Positions 36,752 through 50,990 are shown, counted from the first letter of the whole stretch. The stretch is DNA of 63,697 bases, filler included, from Syncephalis fuscata S228 (GCA_025786725.1; 4 parts of 4 records of this genome joined end to end with filler, not necessarily neighbours in it), one strand, 5' to 3'. Notes: generated by a model from the sequence alone, not told the origin. Program-made: numbers and translations.

Positions 36752-38156
36752 TTAAGAAGAAGTAAATCGTTGGAATTCATCACACATCGGCAAAGGAGCC
36801 CGTTCTGCACGACGAACAGCCTCCTCGTCATAGCCAATGCCGAACCAGCCTTTGGCCCGTTGGATCTCCTGTTGCCGTCCATGGCGTTCCTGGCGACAAC
36901 GTCGTTCCAAATGATAGGCGTAGTCGTTCTCGATTGTTTGCTCATAACGGGCCAATCGCTGCTTATTGCCACCCACATACGAGTTAAGATCGCGGGCATT
37001 CACATAGTATGGCACGTGACGGGGTGTCGTATGTTGTTGTGAATGATGATTGTAAGTGCGACTGAATGAATAGGTCGGCTCAGAAGGCCCAGAGAAGATA
37101 TTACTTGAAAAGGTAATAAATAAAAGGAGTAGCAGTGGTAGTAATTGAACTAAATAACCAAAACCTGTCGTATTCTCTTCTCGAGCTGCTCTACGCTGTT
37201 GTTGTTGTTGTTGTTGAGCTGCTCGACCACCACTATTAAATCGTTGAAATCTTACACCATTGCCCATAAATGATGCTGATGAAAAGCCTGTATTTATATT
37301 AATTAATTAATAAATTACATATATACATATTATAATCGACATCAATAATCTATTTACCTTCATTAAATCCACCATTGAAAAACATATTAAATAATTGTTC
37401 AGGCGTAATTTCTGATTCAAAATTAAATGCAGCACCGCCACCACCATGATGAAATCCAGGACTGCCACCACCACCTCGAGATTCTGGATCAGCACCATAT
37501 CGATCATAATGCTCTCGTTTATCTTGATCACTTAATATTGTAAATGCTTTACTAACCACTAAATAAATAAATCAATATCTATTTAATTAATAATTGATAT
37601 TAATCAACAACTTACACTTGAATGCTTCATCTGCACCAGGTGCATTATTTTTATCTGGATGCAATTGAAGCGCCAGCTACACTGATGTTAATTTCAAGCT
37701 ATTTATTTCTGCTAGACTAATTACCTTGCGATATGCTTTTTTAACATGTACTTCAGTGGCAACCTTTTCAAGTTCTAAAATACCATAGAAATCACTTTTT
37801 GAACATGATAACACACGCTTTACCGCTATTGTATTCTCTTCCGTATAACTGGCAGACGCTTTTGATGAAGAGGGCCCACTGTCAGTTGATGCAGTGCGTG
37901 CACCACTACCACTGCCGGTACTTGTTGCAGTACGTTGTCGCAATTCGGGCTGTGCATTTGTACTGCGAGCTGATGAATCGGCCGTACTAGCTGTTTCGGC
38001 CAGTACAAGCTTTTCTATCAGCGATTCAGCCTCATTCGTTGGGTAGAGATTATTTGATTTACGTGCAAATCTCAATGCCCCTGCTACATCACCTTCATCG
38101 CGTTTCCGCCGCGCTATACCAATGCAACGAGACGCTTCGTCTTTATTCATCTCCAT
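36752..38156 (-). CDS. ER membrane J-protein, DNAJB12/14 (Hlj1-like) with DUF1977
   Basis: MEMNKDEASRCI, J domain LALQLHPDKNNAPGADEAFK, YDRYGADP, ITPEQLFNMFF, TM LVQLLPLLLL, C-terminal DUF1977-like Cys region. Confidence 0.9.
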
Positions 38157-38433
38157 TGTGAATCGTGTGTTCGTTCAATAGACGACCAAGAAAGTCAAAA
38201 GCAATGAGTACCAAGAAAATGCTTAGATAGTCGTCAAATTAGAATAGGTAGATAGTAGATAGATCCAGAGTCGTTATAGTTTGCCAACACCAACTCGGAA
38301 TAATAGGCGGTAAAGAGACGAAAATAACCGTACACAACAGTTTGAAACGGTGTCTGGTCGGCCTAGAAACACCACAACAGACAAATAAAAGGCAGTGGCG
38401 GATAAAGGCGTGGATAGTCGCTAAAAAGAAGCC

Positions 38434-38593
38434 TGTAGAATACAATTCTGTGTGTGTATTATTTACTGGCCTTGGTCATCCTCCTATTCACACCACACAT
38501 TATAGAGAGAGAGAGTATTATGAGTGAGTGAGTGGATAACCAAGGCCAGTAAATAAAACACACACACACAGAATTGTATTCAATTATTCTACA
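38434..38593. repeat. Short imperfect inverted repeat (arms ~38438-38481 and ~38534-38581); MITE-like hairpin
   Basis: gaatacaattctgtgtgtg...tttactggccttggt..atcc vs ggat..accaaggccagtaaa...cacacacagaattgtattc. Confidence 0.8.
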
Positions 38594-40011
38594 CCATTCT
38601 CTCCCCTAGACAATAATCATTTATATGGTCAAACAAACCATAACACCATCCAGCCTTTGTTAACAGTATAAACTTTTTCATATTAATAAACTGGTCTTTA
38701 AATCATTAGATGCCATCAGCTGAGCTGACCACCTGATTTACACTTTTAGCGTTGCATCTAACACAGCACAGCGCTTAGCAATACACATCACGAGCAGCAA
38801 CCATATCGTGCAGATAATCACCACTAACGCTTTTTTATTCTACAGTTTGTTCGGCAAAATGGTTATTGGTACTGATTTGTATTGGCTGAAAGTACGAGAA
38901 TAGGCCCTAAATGCTTGTTTTGAATGGAGTTTATGCTAGCATGCGCAGTTACAGGCACATGACTCGTTAAACTGGGCTTGAACAATGCCCAGGATTTCAG
39001 TAGTTCATTGTTCTCTCTCCCTCTCCTCCTATACATCCATATCGTCATTTCTATGGTATGCTATAGTATTTATTGCTGCTGTAATCATCATGTCGCATTG
39101 TTTGATGGAGTGGGGGGGGGTCTATTGTTACAGAGTGAAAGAGCAGGACTGCTGTCGCCATTTCGAATTATAAATAAACTGCATGCTGGTTGGTGTTGTG
39201 TATGACTCGGCCATAGATAGACATACACCGACATACACACACTGGTATGCAATGGTCGGCGGAGATTGGAGGTAAATACGAGTGCCCCAAATTTAGTAGT
39301 GTCTATGTGTGATATCCAAGGCCCAATGTACACGCGTTGTTGTAATAGTCGATAGGGACAAACATGTGAGCTTGAACAACGGTCCAGTCACTGGCGTACA
39401 GCGAGTTGGCACAACTATTGTCATTTCTTTTCTTTACAAAATTTCAAGATTTTTGTATTTGAGCAGATATTTGGTGTATTTGTCTGATAAGTATCAGACA
39501 ATTATTTGCGTTGAGGCAACAAGTAAGTAATGGTTATAGTGTTTTATAGTGCTGTATAGTTATTAGTAAAAGTCGGAGTAAAAGTAAAAGTAAAGAATAC
39601 TTGGCAAATGTTTATAAAGTATTTCTAAAGTTGTAATTCTATTTGAACAGCAAATATAGTGCAATCTCTAGAGTTTAGCTTTATATAAATAGTAAAAGAT
39701 AATAATACATTTATTATATGACTAATAATATTAACATAACTAATATGGCTGCTATTGCTATTGCTATAATTACTATTGAGATATGAGCGTCTACTAACAC
39801 ATCGCAAATAACTTGTAGAGTCTGCCAAGCATAAAAGTGTAACAAGGTAAGCAGCAAAGGTGGTGAATGTAAAAATAACTAATCCAACATATGTCTGATT
39901 TACTATTACAGTCGATCTACTATTTAATTAATGATAAAGCGTCACTTGTACGCCAGTTATTTACCACTCGACGTTTAATCTTATAACGGTACCATTTCTA
40001 TCTCTACTGCC

Positions 40012-41465
40012 ATGAGCGATACACTTGAACCACAGGCCGATAAGTTTACAAATGGGCTCGGTGCCTACCGAACACCCGCAAGTAGTCGAGACCCAGTACA
40101 CCCGCCTTTGAATCATCCTGCCACGCCCTCATCTACTGGTAAGTTATAATGGGCGCCATATGATTGGTGAATGGTCATTTTATTAATCTATTTATATATC
40201 CTATATTCGTATTTACGTATTTTATAGCCACGTCACCTGTATCCAATGCTGCGGGTAGATCGATTGATAAAATGGATGTCTCCCTTCGAGATATATTAGA
40301 ACGATATACACATAATGACGAGATACTATGTCTTGTTCTTACGGCAAAAATCGAAGAAGACAAGGTAAATACATCTGGTGTAGTTGTTCTAGTCGTTAAT
40401 AGTCCAATCATTGTAGCGACATGCAGCTCAAGCCAATGCAAAGGCTGAACAAGCAAAATTAGATTGCCGACGGGCCGAATTAGAATTGTTACAACGACAA
40501 AAGTCACCGAGTAAGTAATTATAAACTATAATAGTTATGGTAGCTATAATAATTTGTAACAACTATTAGGTGGCGGTAATAACACTTTACCTATTTCACG
40601 TATGGCTCGAGCTTCGAGTGATTATTATTTATTACGATCAAACTCAAGTTTATCACATTCAGATGGTAAACGGCCATCATTGGCTGAGCATAGAAATACT
40701 TTATCTTCAAGCTATTTAAATTCACATATAGCTCATAATGGATCCGACAACGATGCTGCCTATAGTCGTAGTCATAATGCTTCCTCTCCATCCTCTTCCG
40801 CTGCTTCTTTACCAGCCACGACTGCTGCTGCTGCTGCTGCTGCTGCTGCCACGACTGCCACTTCAAGTTATATGATACCTTCATTTACCGACTGTTTAGC
40901 CTTTTCGCCTGCTGATATGACGCATATGCCACCGCTACCGTTACCTAATGCTGATAAAATGGAACATCGATCAACAAGCTTAACAGAGGCATCCGCAAGA
41001 GCAATATCCAATAACGGCGGTGGTAATGGTATAGGCTCGCATAATCTTAGTCGTAGTCGTTCAGCCTATTCAAATGCTAGCAAGTATGCCACACCCTATA
41101 TGAATGGACATAGTAGTCATAACCATAATAGCAGCAACACTAACAGCAATAACAATATCGAAAAGCATAGTATGGACGATAGTGAGACCTGTCTAACACC
41201 AACGACGCTTAAGCGACGTCAACACGAAGAAGCTATGCGTACAGTACGTGAACGTGTTCTATCAAAGCGTCGCGCTATGAGTATGCATGATAGACCTGCA
41301 CCCAAAATGCGTGCCAGCCATGATGTATTAAGGACACATCATCCACGGGACAGATCTCCACCAAATCATCAATTGGCCAATCATTCATTTGTATCCATGG
41401 ATAACCGCAATTTAACATTGCCACCACTTTCAACTACACAACATGCACTACACCGTGCCACATAG
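40012..41465 (+). CDS. Hypothetical low-complexity protein with short coiled-coil (ILERY..NDEILCLVLTAKIEEDK), 4 exons
   Basis: Canonical GT-AG junctions keep the frame open from ATG 40012 into the 287-aa ORF; poly-Ala from (GCT)n. Confidence 0.65.
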
Positions 41466-41809
41466 TCATTATTATTAATAAGATAATGACTATAATGACT
41501 GTTACGATTATACTGCACATTCCTTATTAAGAAATGTTATCTTTTTTATTCATTTGTTTCGTTTTCCGTTTTCTCAACGGGCAGTATTTAGTATGACTGC
41601 TGTACTATTCCTATTGGTATATTGTTATGTTTACAATAAACTTTTTACATCTTTTAGTAATATTAATACTACTGATATTAATATGGATGCGCATATTTAG
41701 TCATTTATTGCGCTTCCTTAATAGGTAGTTAAAATGCCTATTATAGCTGTATAATTATATAGATTGCTGTATTATACTAATGATTATAGCAAATACATGA
41801 TTATTTATA

Positions 41810-42793
41810 CTAATTGAGACTAGCATAATATCTTTCATTATATGGATCATTAATGGTTACATTAGAGGCAGCCAGTAATATAGGCGTTTCTAATTCCATA
41901 TTTCTAGATTGGAGCAGTGCTTGTAGATCGTTGGTTCTACCGGCGGAATCTGGCCATGTATTATCGGGATAGCAGCATAGCATAGCTCGACGCGTATGTA
42001 GAAAGTCTGTCAAGTAGGCGCGTTCAGATCTTTGACCACGCTGCCCGGTAAGATTAATGATTCTTTGGATATTAATATCCGGTTCTGTAAGATGCCAACC
42101 ATGTTGCACGATTGTATCGTAGAATATAGTGATACCCAGCGCTGATTGAATATTAAGACGGTGGGCGAATCGAAGGGCTGGTTCAAAGTACATTTCACGC
42201 GCTAGTTTTAGTTGAGCATTGCGAAAGACCGCATCGTTCTGCGCTGTTCTACGCCAGGCATTAGGAAAGCCATTTAGTTTATTGACACTGCTACGCTGTG
42301 TATCACATGGATCGAGCGAGGCAAGACGTCGTAGTTCAGGTAGGTAAGAGGCAAATGGATTATTGTCGTCAAGTCGTTGTCGATTGTATCGTTCAATGAC
42401 CATTAGTGCATCGCCGGTGGCAGTGGTAAATCCAACCACACCGGCCGTAAAGCCGCGTTTATCGTTAAGATTCTCTATATAGTCATAATGAGGTCGGTCA
42501 TCGCCATTCTCAAATGCACTTGTTATACGTCGAGCCACCATGGCTGTGTATTCGCTTGCATCGGCCATTGGCCAGTGGTCAGTATCGGGGAACTCGCCAA
42601 CGACCGATTCCGAGTATGAGTTTGCACAGCTATTTGAGCTTTTCTTTAAACGTGAAAACTTAAACGCCGAACATAAATCATTATCAGGTAGATAATTTCC
42701 CGAGCAGTAACGCCTTGCGCCATCGACCATACAACAACAAGCTGTAATGATCAATACAATACTTAATAAATGATAATACGCCGCGAACAACAT
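41810..42793 (-). CDS. Secreted chitosanase, glycoside hydrolase family 46, intronless
   Basis: Signal peptide; ITSAFENG, YDYIENLNDKRGFTAGVVGFTT, YLPELRRL, YFEPAL, FYDTIVQHG, YLTDFLHTRR. Confidence 0.9.
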   Translation of the reverse strand: MLFAAYYHLLSIVLIITACCCMVDGARRYCSGNYLPDNDLCSAFKFSRLKKSSNSCANSYSESVVGEFPDTDHWPMADASEYTAMVARRITSAFENGDDRPHYDYIENLNDKRGFTAGVVGFTTATGDALMVIERYNRQRLDDNNPFASYLPELRRLASLDPCDTQRSSVNKLNGFPNAWRRTAQNDAVFRNAQLKLAREMYFEPALRFAHRLNIQSALGITIFYDTIVQHGWHLTEPDINIQRIINLTGQRGQRSERAYLTDFLHTRRAMLCCYPDNTWPDSAGRTNDLQALLQSRNMELETPILLAASNVTINDPYNERYYASLN

Positions 42794-43067
42794 TGTATTC
42801 AACTAGTTAGTGAGTATGCGAGTACTTGTTATATTCGTAAGCAAAACTGTCTTTATTTAAAGCTCAAGTATGAATCAACGCTTGCTTGTGTTCCACCTGA
42901 CTATGTCAGTGATCCGATCCATCATAATCGATTTATAACTGGCACAAATGTGTATTATATACACAAAAAAGATAACACATAAGTAATTAGTTTTAATTTG
43001 ACCACTAATACATTATTGTTATTATCAACTACCATTATTATTACATTTTGTTTGTTATTATCAATTG

Positions 43068-43652
43068 TTATTGTACATCTGTGTTACGTGAATATCCAGG
43101 TGTGCCAACATGTTCACTATGCATCTCATCATCTAATTCCTCATCGGCCTTGCCATCAACACCGTCGTCGTTCATTTCACTATCTTCGATAAGACGTGTT
43201 TCTGTCTTGTTGTTCTTGTCTAATCCCAGACTTTTAACCATAGGCTGAACCATCTAATACCATTATCATATAAGTATTTATTAGTATTAGCACTATTATA
43301 ATTATTGACCTTGGCAAATGCTTCAAATTGGTCATCAACCTGGCGTAATTCTTCACCACGCTTTTTATTTTCATATAGAAATTCTTGTCTCTGCTTTAAT
43401 AGTTCATTTTCTTGTTCTTTCAATCTAATCAATATTACTAATCAGTTCCTATACTAACATATAATCATATAATCATATAATAATAATACCTTTCTCGTTC
43501 TTGTAATTCAAACTGTAATCGATTCAACATTAATGTATGGGCATCAACACTGGTTGTGCAAAGTTCTTCAGATGCCTTTTCCATAAATTCTTCTTGTGTA
43601 TACATATCTACTTCAGTATATAGATATCTATTTAACAAATATAATTATATGT

Positions 43653-43690
<38 letters not shown>

Positions 43691-44189
43691 AACATAGTCT
43701 TTTCTTTGTAGCTTACTCTCTTTCGCGACATTTGCGAATCTCTTCACGTAAATGTGTCTGTTCATATAGCAAGTTTTGTAAATCTAAATGCTGCTTTTCA
43801 AGATTGTCTCGAAATGTTGTGGCATAAGCTTTGGCATCTCGTCCATTAAAATAGGCTGTGCGATTGAATTGCTTTAATTTAGCTACCATGCCGAGACCAA
43901 GTGAAATCGTACGTTCACGGTCAACTGTCTAATAGTTCAATGTTACATACACGTCCATGGATCGTTAGATTCTTGTTTCTATGCCGCAAGCCATAACTAT
44001 CCCCTTCACTACTAGCAATCGCTAACTTGCCTGATGAGTGTTGGTACCACTAAGTTCCGCCGTGTATGCACCATCAACTAGACCTTTAAGTTTATGGCAT
44101 GCATCAATAATACGATCAAGATGAGCTTGTGCTGCATCTAGATTAGCACCAGGTATTTCCTGAACCATTGCTGTAGATTCCGATGCCAT
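43068..44189 (-). CDS. THOC5: THO complex subunit 5 (FmiP/Thoc5 domain), short fungal form, multi-exon
   Basis: LKQFNRTAY...HLDLQNLLYEQTHLREEIRKCR...HTLMLNRLQFELQER.RL. Confidence 0.8.
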
Positions 44190-44587
44190 ATTATAATGGT
44201 GTAGTGTAAAAGTCGCGGTCAATAAATAAAAAGACAACGAGGAAGAAGCGTTAAGATGAATCTATATTTAAAATAAACTGTCGTTTTCTAAATCATGATA
44301 GTTTTGACAACATGACGTCGTTTAAAAATCACGTACTATTTCTAGTGTTGTAGTTATTGGTTCGGTAAAAGGGGGCAGTCCAATAATGAGTATATTAATT
44401 ATAAAGGGGAAATACTACTTGACCATAGCTAGGATGGGACATGGTTAAGCTGTACAAAGTTGCAGAGAATATCGCCACTTTGTCGTAGTTTATTAGCCAT
44501 TTCATTATTATTTACAAAGCATTGTTATTATTATTATCGATAACTGGTCCGGTTAAATGTTACGCACGCCTTACACGGCAACTATTC

Positions 44588-46936
44588 ATGGCAATGCAAA
44601 CAAACGATAATATAATTGATCAATCAGAGGAACGTGTTACCATTTATCCACTACATCCACGACCCGGTGCTATTAGAGAAATTAGTCGAAGTTCAAAGCT
44701 ATTTGCTTTAATGAAAGAGGATGGTCTCTCGGATGTCGTTGTTACGCGTGGCACATTGAATGGATTGCGCGGTCGATATCTCACCTCACTAGCCAATATG
44801 CCCAGGGCCAATGAGGAGAGAACAGCAGCGTCAACATGGCCAGTTGAAGCGGTAGAGATGTTATCGGATACACTGCGTGAACAACAACAACACGAATCAA
44901 CACGACCCGTCCATCGATCATGGCGTCGTTCCATAAGAAGATCCTGCTTCCATTGGCGTAAGTGACTACAAATATATTTAGTATTACAAGTGGGCAGTTA
45001 ATTAATAGTTTGTGTAATTAGGCCAGCGTATTTTATTCGGTAGTTTAGCGTTAATTGTTCAAGCTGCATTATTCTATTTTGCGTGGACTGATACCACGTT
45101 TCGTAGACGATATCATGGTGCACTTGAATTCTATGGCCCTACCTCGCTTATACTTGCCCGTTCTGCTGCCAGTGTTATTAATGTACAAATGGGCATATTG
45201 TTATTTACGTTGTGTCGTATTACAATCACGTATTTACGTAAAATTATTCCAAATCGAATTATTCCACTTGATAATATTCATGTAGCACACCGTGTTCTTG
45301 CCTGGTCGATTATGGCTATGACACTAGTTCATATCATCGGTCACTATTGGAGTATATACAATGTCCGTCGGTTAATCGCCACCACACATAGAGACAATCA
45401 TCGTGGTCATAATGGCTATAATAGTCATAATAATAGCAATGACGACACGTTAATGCAAATTCTATTACATCCAGCTAGTTTAACTGGACATGCTATGCTT
45501 ATTATCATCCTATTAATGGCCTTTACGTCATTTGGTAAGCCATACTATTCCATACTACAGTTCACAAATGCTAATCTAACTGTAATGAAGCGTATGTAAG
45601 AAAGCGCAATTATGAAATGTTTTCCTATACACATCAATTATACATGGCATTTATACCACTGCTTTTATTACATGGCGCATTTTGTTTTCTTAAAAGCGAC
45701 CAGAAACCTGAATGCTCAACAATGGGCGGTACATTTTGGCATTATGGTCTACCCGGACTTGTTTGGTATATTGGTGAACGTATTTACATTGCCGTTTATC
45801 ATAGCCGTTCTACAACCATTCTTGGTGTCTATGAACATCCATCACAAGTGATTGAAATACATGTGGCACGACCGCCTAATTTCCATTATGGTACCGGTCA
45901 ATGGGCCTATCTCTCTGTAGCTGAGGCAAGTCCATGGCAGAAACATCCATTTACGATTACATCGGCGCCGGAGGAAAAGAACCATATTTGTTTTCATATT
46001 CGGGTTGTTGGCGACTGGACACAACGATTGGCTGCTCAATTGAACTGCTCACTCGATATAACAAGTCCATTCTCGGCACTTTTACGATCCCAGGCCACCA
46101 GTACAAATAACAGTAGTGCTGTTAGTAATAATGGTATTAGCAATACAGCATTAATGCCACCCATTCAAATCGATGGCCCTTATGGTGCCGTATGTGATCA
46201 TGTACTCGATTACAAAGTGGCAGTGCTTGTGGCTGGTGGTATTGGTGTAACACCATTTGTCTCGACACTTAAAAGTATTTGGTAATAATCAACATGTATA
46301 ATATAGCAATACTAATTCAATTGTAGGCTTCAATGGACAAATGCCTCCCATGAAATGAAATTGAAAAAAGTGTATTTTATTTGGATTTGCCGTGATTTCA
46401 AGGTAAAACTAGTCATTATTATTATTATTATTATTCATTAGTATTGGCATTGATGATAGGCATTTGAATGGTTTTACGACTTGTTGGCCACTTTAGAAGA
46501 TGGCCGTATAAGCTCGCTATTATCAATGCGTATCTATGTTACTGGACAGTTAGATTTAGAGCAGATTTGGAATGTGGCTATGCGAGCCGGTCATAATGAA
46601 GATGCTCTAACCGGCTGGCACATGCCCACCTTCTATGGTCGACCTAATTTCAATGTTCTATTTCATGACCTTACCGAATCACATCCTCAGACAGATATTG
46701 GTCTATTTTGTTGTGGCCCTCACTCACTTACTGCCACACTACGCCGTCACTGTCAACGCTACACATTGGCCAAAGGATCAGGCACGCGATTTTATTTTCA
46801 CAAAGGTAAAAGAAATGAAAATGAATTGATTTTGGATACACACACTTTTGTGCGTTAAACAATAACTACTAACACTGTTGTTATTACTACTGCTTCATTG
46901 TATGATTTCTATATGTCTCTAGAACATTTCAATTAG
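44588..46936 (+). CDS. NADPH oxidase (gp91phox-like) with N-terminal extension, multi-exon
   Basis: Heme His pairs (AHRVLAW...HIIGH; YTHQLY...LLHG), FAD motif QKHPFTITSAPEE, IDGPYG, GGIGVTPF, VYFIWICRD, FYGRPNF, CGP, FYFHKEHF. Confidence 0.88.
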
Positions 46937-46950
46937 TCTCGTTCGTTCTA

Positions 46951-47961
46951 CTAATGGTTAATATGCTTTAACGCATCTGAAAATTCGTGGGCAATACGTT
47001 GCATTGCACGGTTATTGGCTAGTATTAATATGTAAGTAGGTTATTAACAATACAATACTAGTGTATTGATACTTACCTATAATAGGCAGAATTGTTTGTA
47101 GTAGTTCGTGCTTCTTTAATCCCTAAAATAAATGTTAATAATAAATATTACAATTCTATTTTATTAATTACACAAATGGTTGGTTCCCAGGATGAATCTG
47201 TTTTAGCTGTTGTTGTCTTGGATGTATCATTCATAGTCGTTGTGGTAACCGTGAAATCCACAGCCATTCTATTATAGTCAATTAATTAACCAATTATAAT
47301 ATAATATAATATAATAACTTACGGATAAGAGGGTCCTAATAAATTTCTGCATAATTCTTCTGTCTTATCAATTAAACTATCATTGGTCAATCGACGTACG
47401 TATTTCAATAACCAACGTTGATATTCTTCGGGTGATGCAAGTAATTCAGCACTCATTAATTGAGACTATTTAGCAATCAACATTAATATACTTATGCACT
47501 TTTATCAATAGATCTATTTACCTCTAAATGATCAATTGATAGTAATGCTTGTTGTTGTTGTTCCGATCGTAATTGATCACTACGTTGAACACGTCCATGA
47601 TCAGTACAAGTACGTTCAGCAATAATCTGAGCCACAGTTAATGGACCTCCGCCATGTACATCAGGATTCAATGCAGTGGCCACTGGTGCAAAATACTCTG
47701 ATGCTGCATACCACGCATCAACAATACGTGACCATGTCTTCATATTTTGATCATAGGCAAATGCACAGCCATTTGATGTACATAGTACAGGTGTGCCATT
47801 AGCATGCACACAAGCATCAGTAATAGTAACACCATTACTGAGCGTATCAGATGAATTAGCTGTTGTAGCTGATTCTTTGTATAAAATGGCGGCAATGGAT
47901 TCATTCGACAGAATAGCCAGACGTTCTTTAATATCCCTGTAACAACATTAGATATCTACAT

Positions 47962-48010
<49 letters not shown>

Positions 48011-50990
48011 GATTTATACTTACCAGATAGATAATTGGCCAACTGATGTTAAACATAGTAAATATCGACCATTACAATCAAGAAACGATGCCGGCGCATT
48101 TAGACAAAGACATGGAAATAGTCTATTAATTACAAATGTTATCAATATGTATATATGTATAATATAATATATATGACACTTTTGATAACTTACCGCCGTC
48201 CATTGGGCGAGAATACATGAATAGTGCCATCTTCACAAGCCGCAGCACTAAATACAGAACTGGCCACCAATAGAAGAGTAGAACTGGATAATAATTGTTT
48301 CCATAGTATTTTACCTTGACGTGAACATATAATATGAGATGCACCTATAACAATAACAACCGTCAATTATCCATTATTTATTAATTCATAAACCTACCAC
48401 TTTGATTGGGTATTGAATTATGACACTCAAATACTAAAGACTGGTCACTGACCCGACTACGAGAGAATACTGAATGAACCTTGGGTATGCTTAGACGAAT
48501 AGATGATACCGCCAATTCAGGTGCCAAGAATGTGGCCCGTGTCTAATAAGTATAATCAATATGTCATTATTAACAATAGTGACTACTTACCTCAATAGAA
48601 TGGGTTGAGGTCATTTTACTTGGACCTTGATTTGCCGCATCACGGACATCTGATACCGATCGTTTCCGCCCCACTACAACCGTCTCTAATCCACTTAATG
48701 GCATAGCCCGTGAAGGAGGAGCAAGCTCCATGGCATGGTCCATAGCCATTGAATGTATAGATGATGTATTCTATTGATATATCGTTATTAATAACTATTA
48801 AATACTAAACAGTGTAGTATTACCCGGAATCCTGGTGTAGGCGTGTAGGTGTAGGCGGTGCTGATGGAAATGAATGCATCGGTGCAGTATGTGATGCTGT
48901 TGTTGTTAGTCTATTGAATACATTTATTATAATAACTATATCAACAATATATTAATAATAGTTACCCTCTAATGAACTGTGGCTGGATACGTCGTCTACC
49001 ATCTGCAGTAATAGTTACTCGTTGTGGCTGTGTTGGCGCAGTAGTAGTATCTTGTCCACTATGCGTGGATACCATGGTTGTTATAGTATCTACTGCTTTA
49101 CTCTGTAATGGTGGCACTGATCCACTACTAACTGATTCTTTATCATTTATTGTGGATCTGCCCATAAGCATAGCAAGTCGATTAGATGACTGTGTGGCTT
49201 GAGTAACTGCATGTTCTTGTTCCATTTCTAATTGTTCTGGTGTTTCGGCTAATTGAATTGATTTCACTTGTAATCCAAGACTTGAGAAATGTGCCTCCTA
49301 ATTAAATAATAATAATAATAATAATAATAATACATTCAATCAGTCAGTCATATATATCTATATATATATATATAATAGTTGTTACTTGTTCATGATTGGT
49401 AAGCGGTTCTCCTAATTCTTGTTCATTCATTTGAATAACAGCAACTGTTCCATCTAATGAACAAGCATAGACTACACAGCCATCTTTCGACCTATTCATT
49501 ATAACATATCAAATAGTCGGTTATCTAGTTGTTATTCATTTAAATCATCCTATTACCAGGCAATATCCAAAACACCTTGTGTGAATATGTCATGCGCTAC
49601 TAATAAAGATCTTGATCGAGCAGTTAACCAAATGATACTGAATGATCTTGACTGCCTACAGCACAAAGTGCACCAATTTGACCTGATTGCTGTACTAATG
49701 AATCATCATCTTTAGATACTGGTAGACGGAAGAGTCGTGGATTAAATCGCTATTATAATGAGTATTAAATAATTAGTAACTAATCAGATCCATTAGTATT
49801 TACATACTACTACTTCAACTGCTGCATCATGTCCAATAAAATGAACATCATTCTTCCAAGTATCTCTATGAATGACCGCAGCTGATGCAACCCCTTTGTT
49901 AGAAGCATTGGCCGTCACTAATTGGACACCATCTGGTGACCAGCTGTATGCTCAATATTATACAATTAGTTATGGGACCATTATCTATCATATACTCCGT
50001 ACCTTGGTCGACAAAAGAATGTTGTCGATGTCGATTTTGTATACGGTGCAGTAATTGTCTTTTCTATTTGCCAGTCATGAACACGCCATACAATTGCTGA
50101 CTTGTCATCCGACTTGTATTATTGTAAATATAATGCCGATATTGTATATATTATGATTACTATACATATACTTACTTGTGTGGCCAAGTATTTACCCATA
50201 GGATCCCATGCTATTCCCTTAACAAATCCTTGATGTTGTTCAAGTTTCTTAATCATTTCTGTATGAATATAATGCTACTGATTAATATCAAGTGACTAAG
50301 TAATTGAAATGACAATATGAATAGTTACCAAATGTCTGTCCATTCCATATAATCACCTTACTATCAAGGCCACATGATGCAAGATATTGATTATCTGGAG
50401 ACCAGGCTAGATCAGCCACATCTACCAAATAATACAACAGGGTTATTACTAGCTAATTGATTGGATACAATAAACAATTTAATACCTGATTCATGGCCAA
50501 CAAGTCGTTTAATTGCCTTCCAATTTTCAAGGTTCTGTGCTCCATCTAAACTACCAAATACCCTGCCCATACTATCAGGAGACCTATATATAAATATTGT
50601 TATGCTGTTCTTATCTAACATGATAGCAGTAGTAGCCCTAGTAATAGTTACTATTACCGCTAATGAATGCAACTTACGTGTCAAGCATCCAAATAACAAT
50701 GATTTTATCATCTGACCCGGTGGCTAAATACTGGCCATTTTTACTAGACCATTTAACACATAATACAGCACCTAAAGTGCATTTATCATGTTAAAAAATA
50801 CATACAATATATTCTGTATTAACAAGTAGATTACCGTCATGAAGTGCTAACGTGCAAAGAAGTGCGCCAGGTGGTTCTGGTACACGGCTATGCTTAAGTA
50901 TTACTTCAGTGCTCCATATTTTCACTTTGGTATCTAAAGCGGTAATATGTTAACAAAGCGTAATCGCCAGTATTATAAAAAGCAGCCTAC
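46951..50990 (-). CDS. HIRA: Histone chaperone HIRA/Hir1 (5'-truncated by contig end), many exons
   Basis: WD40 LCTLALHDGAVLCVKWS, KRLVGHES, HQGFVKGIAWDPMGKYLA, B-domain QRVTITADGRRRIQP, C-terminal Hira domain LSIDHLE...SPEEYQRW. Confidence 0.92.
47963..48010. repeat. (TATC)12 microsatellite within a HIRA intron
   Basis: Direct reading. Confidence 0.95.
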
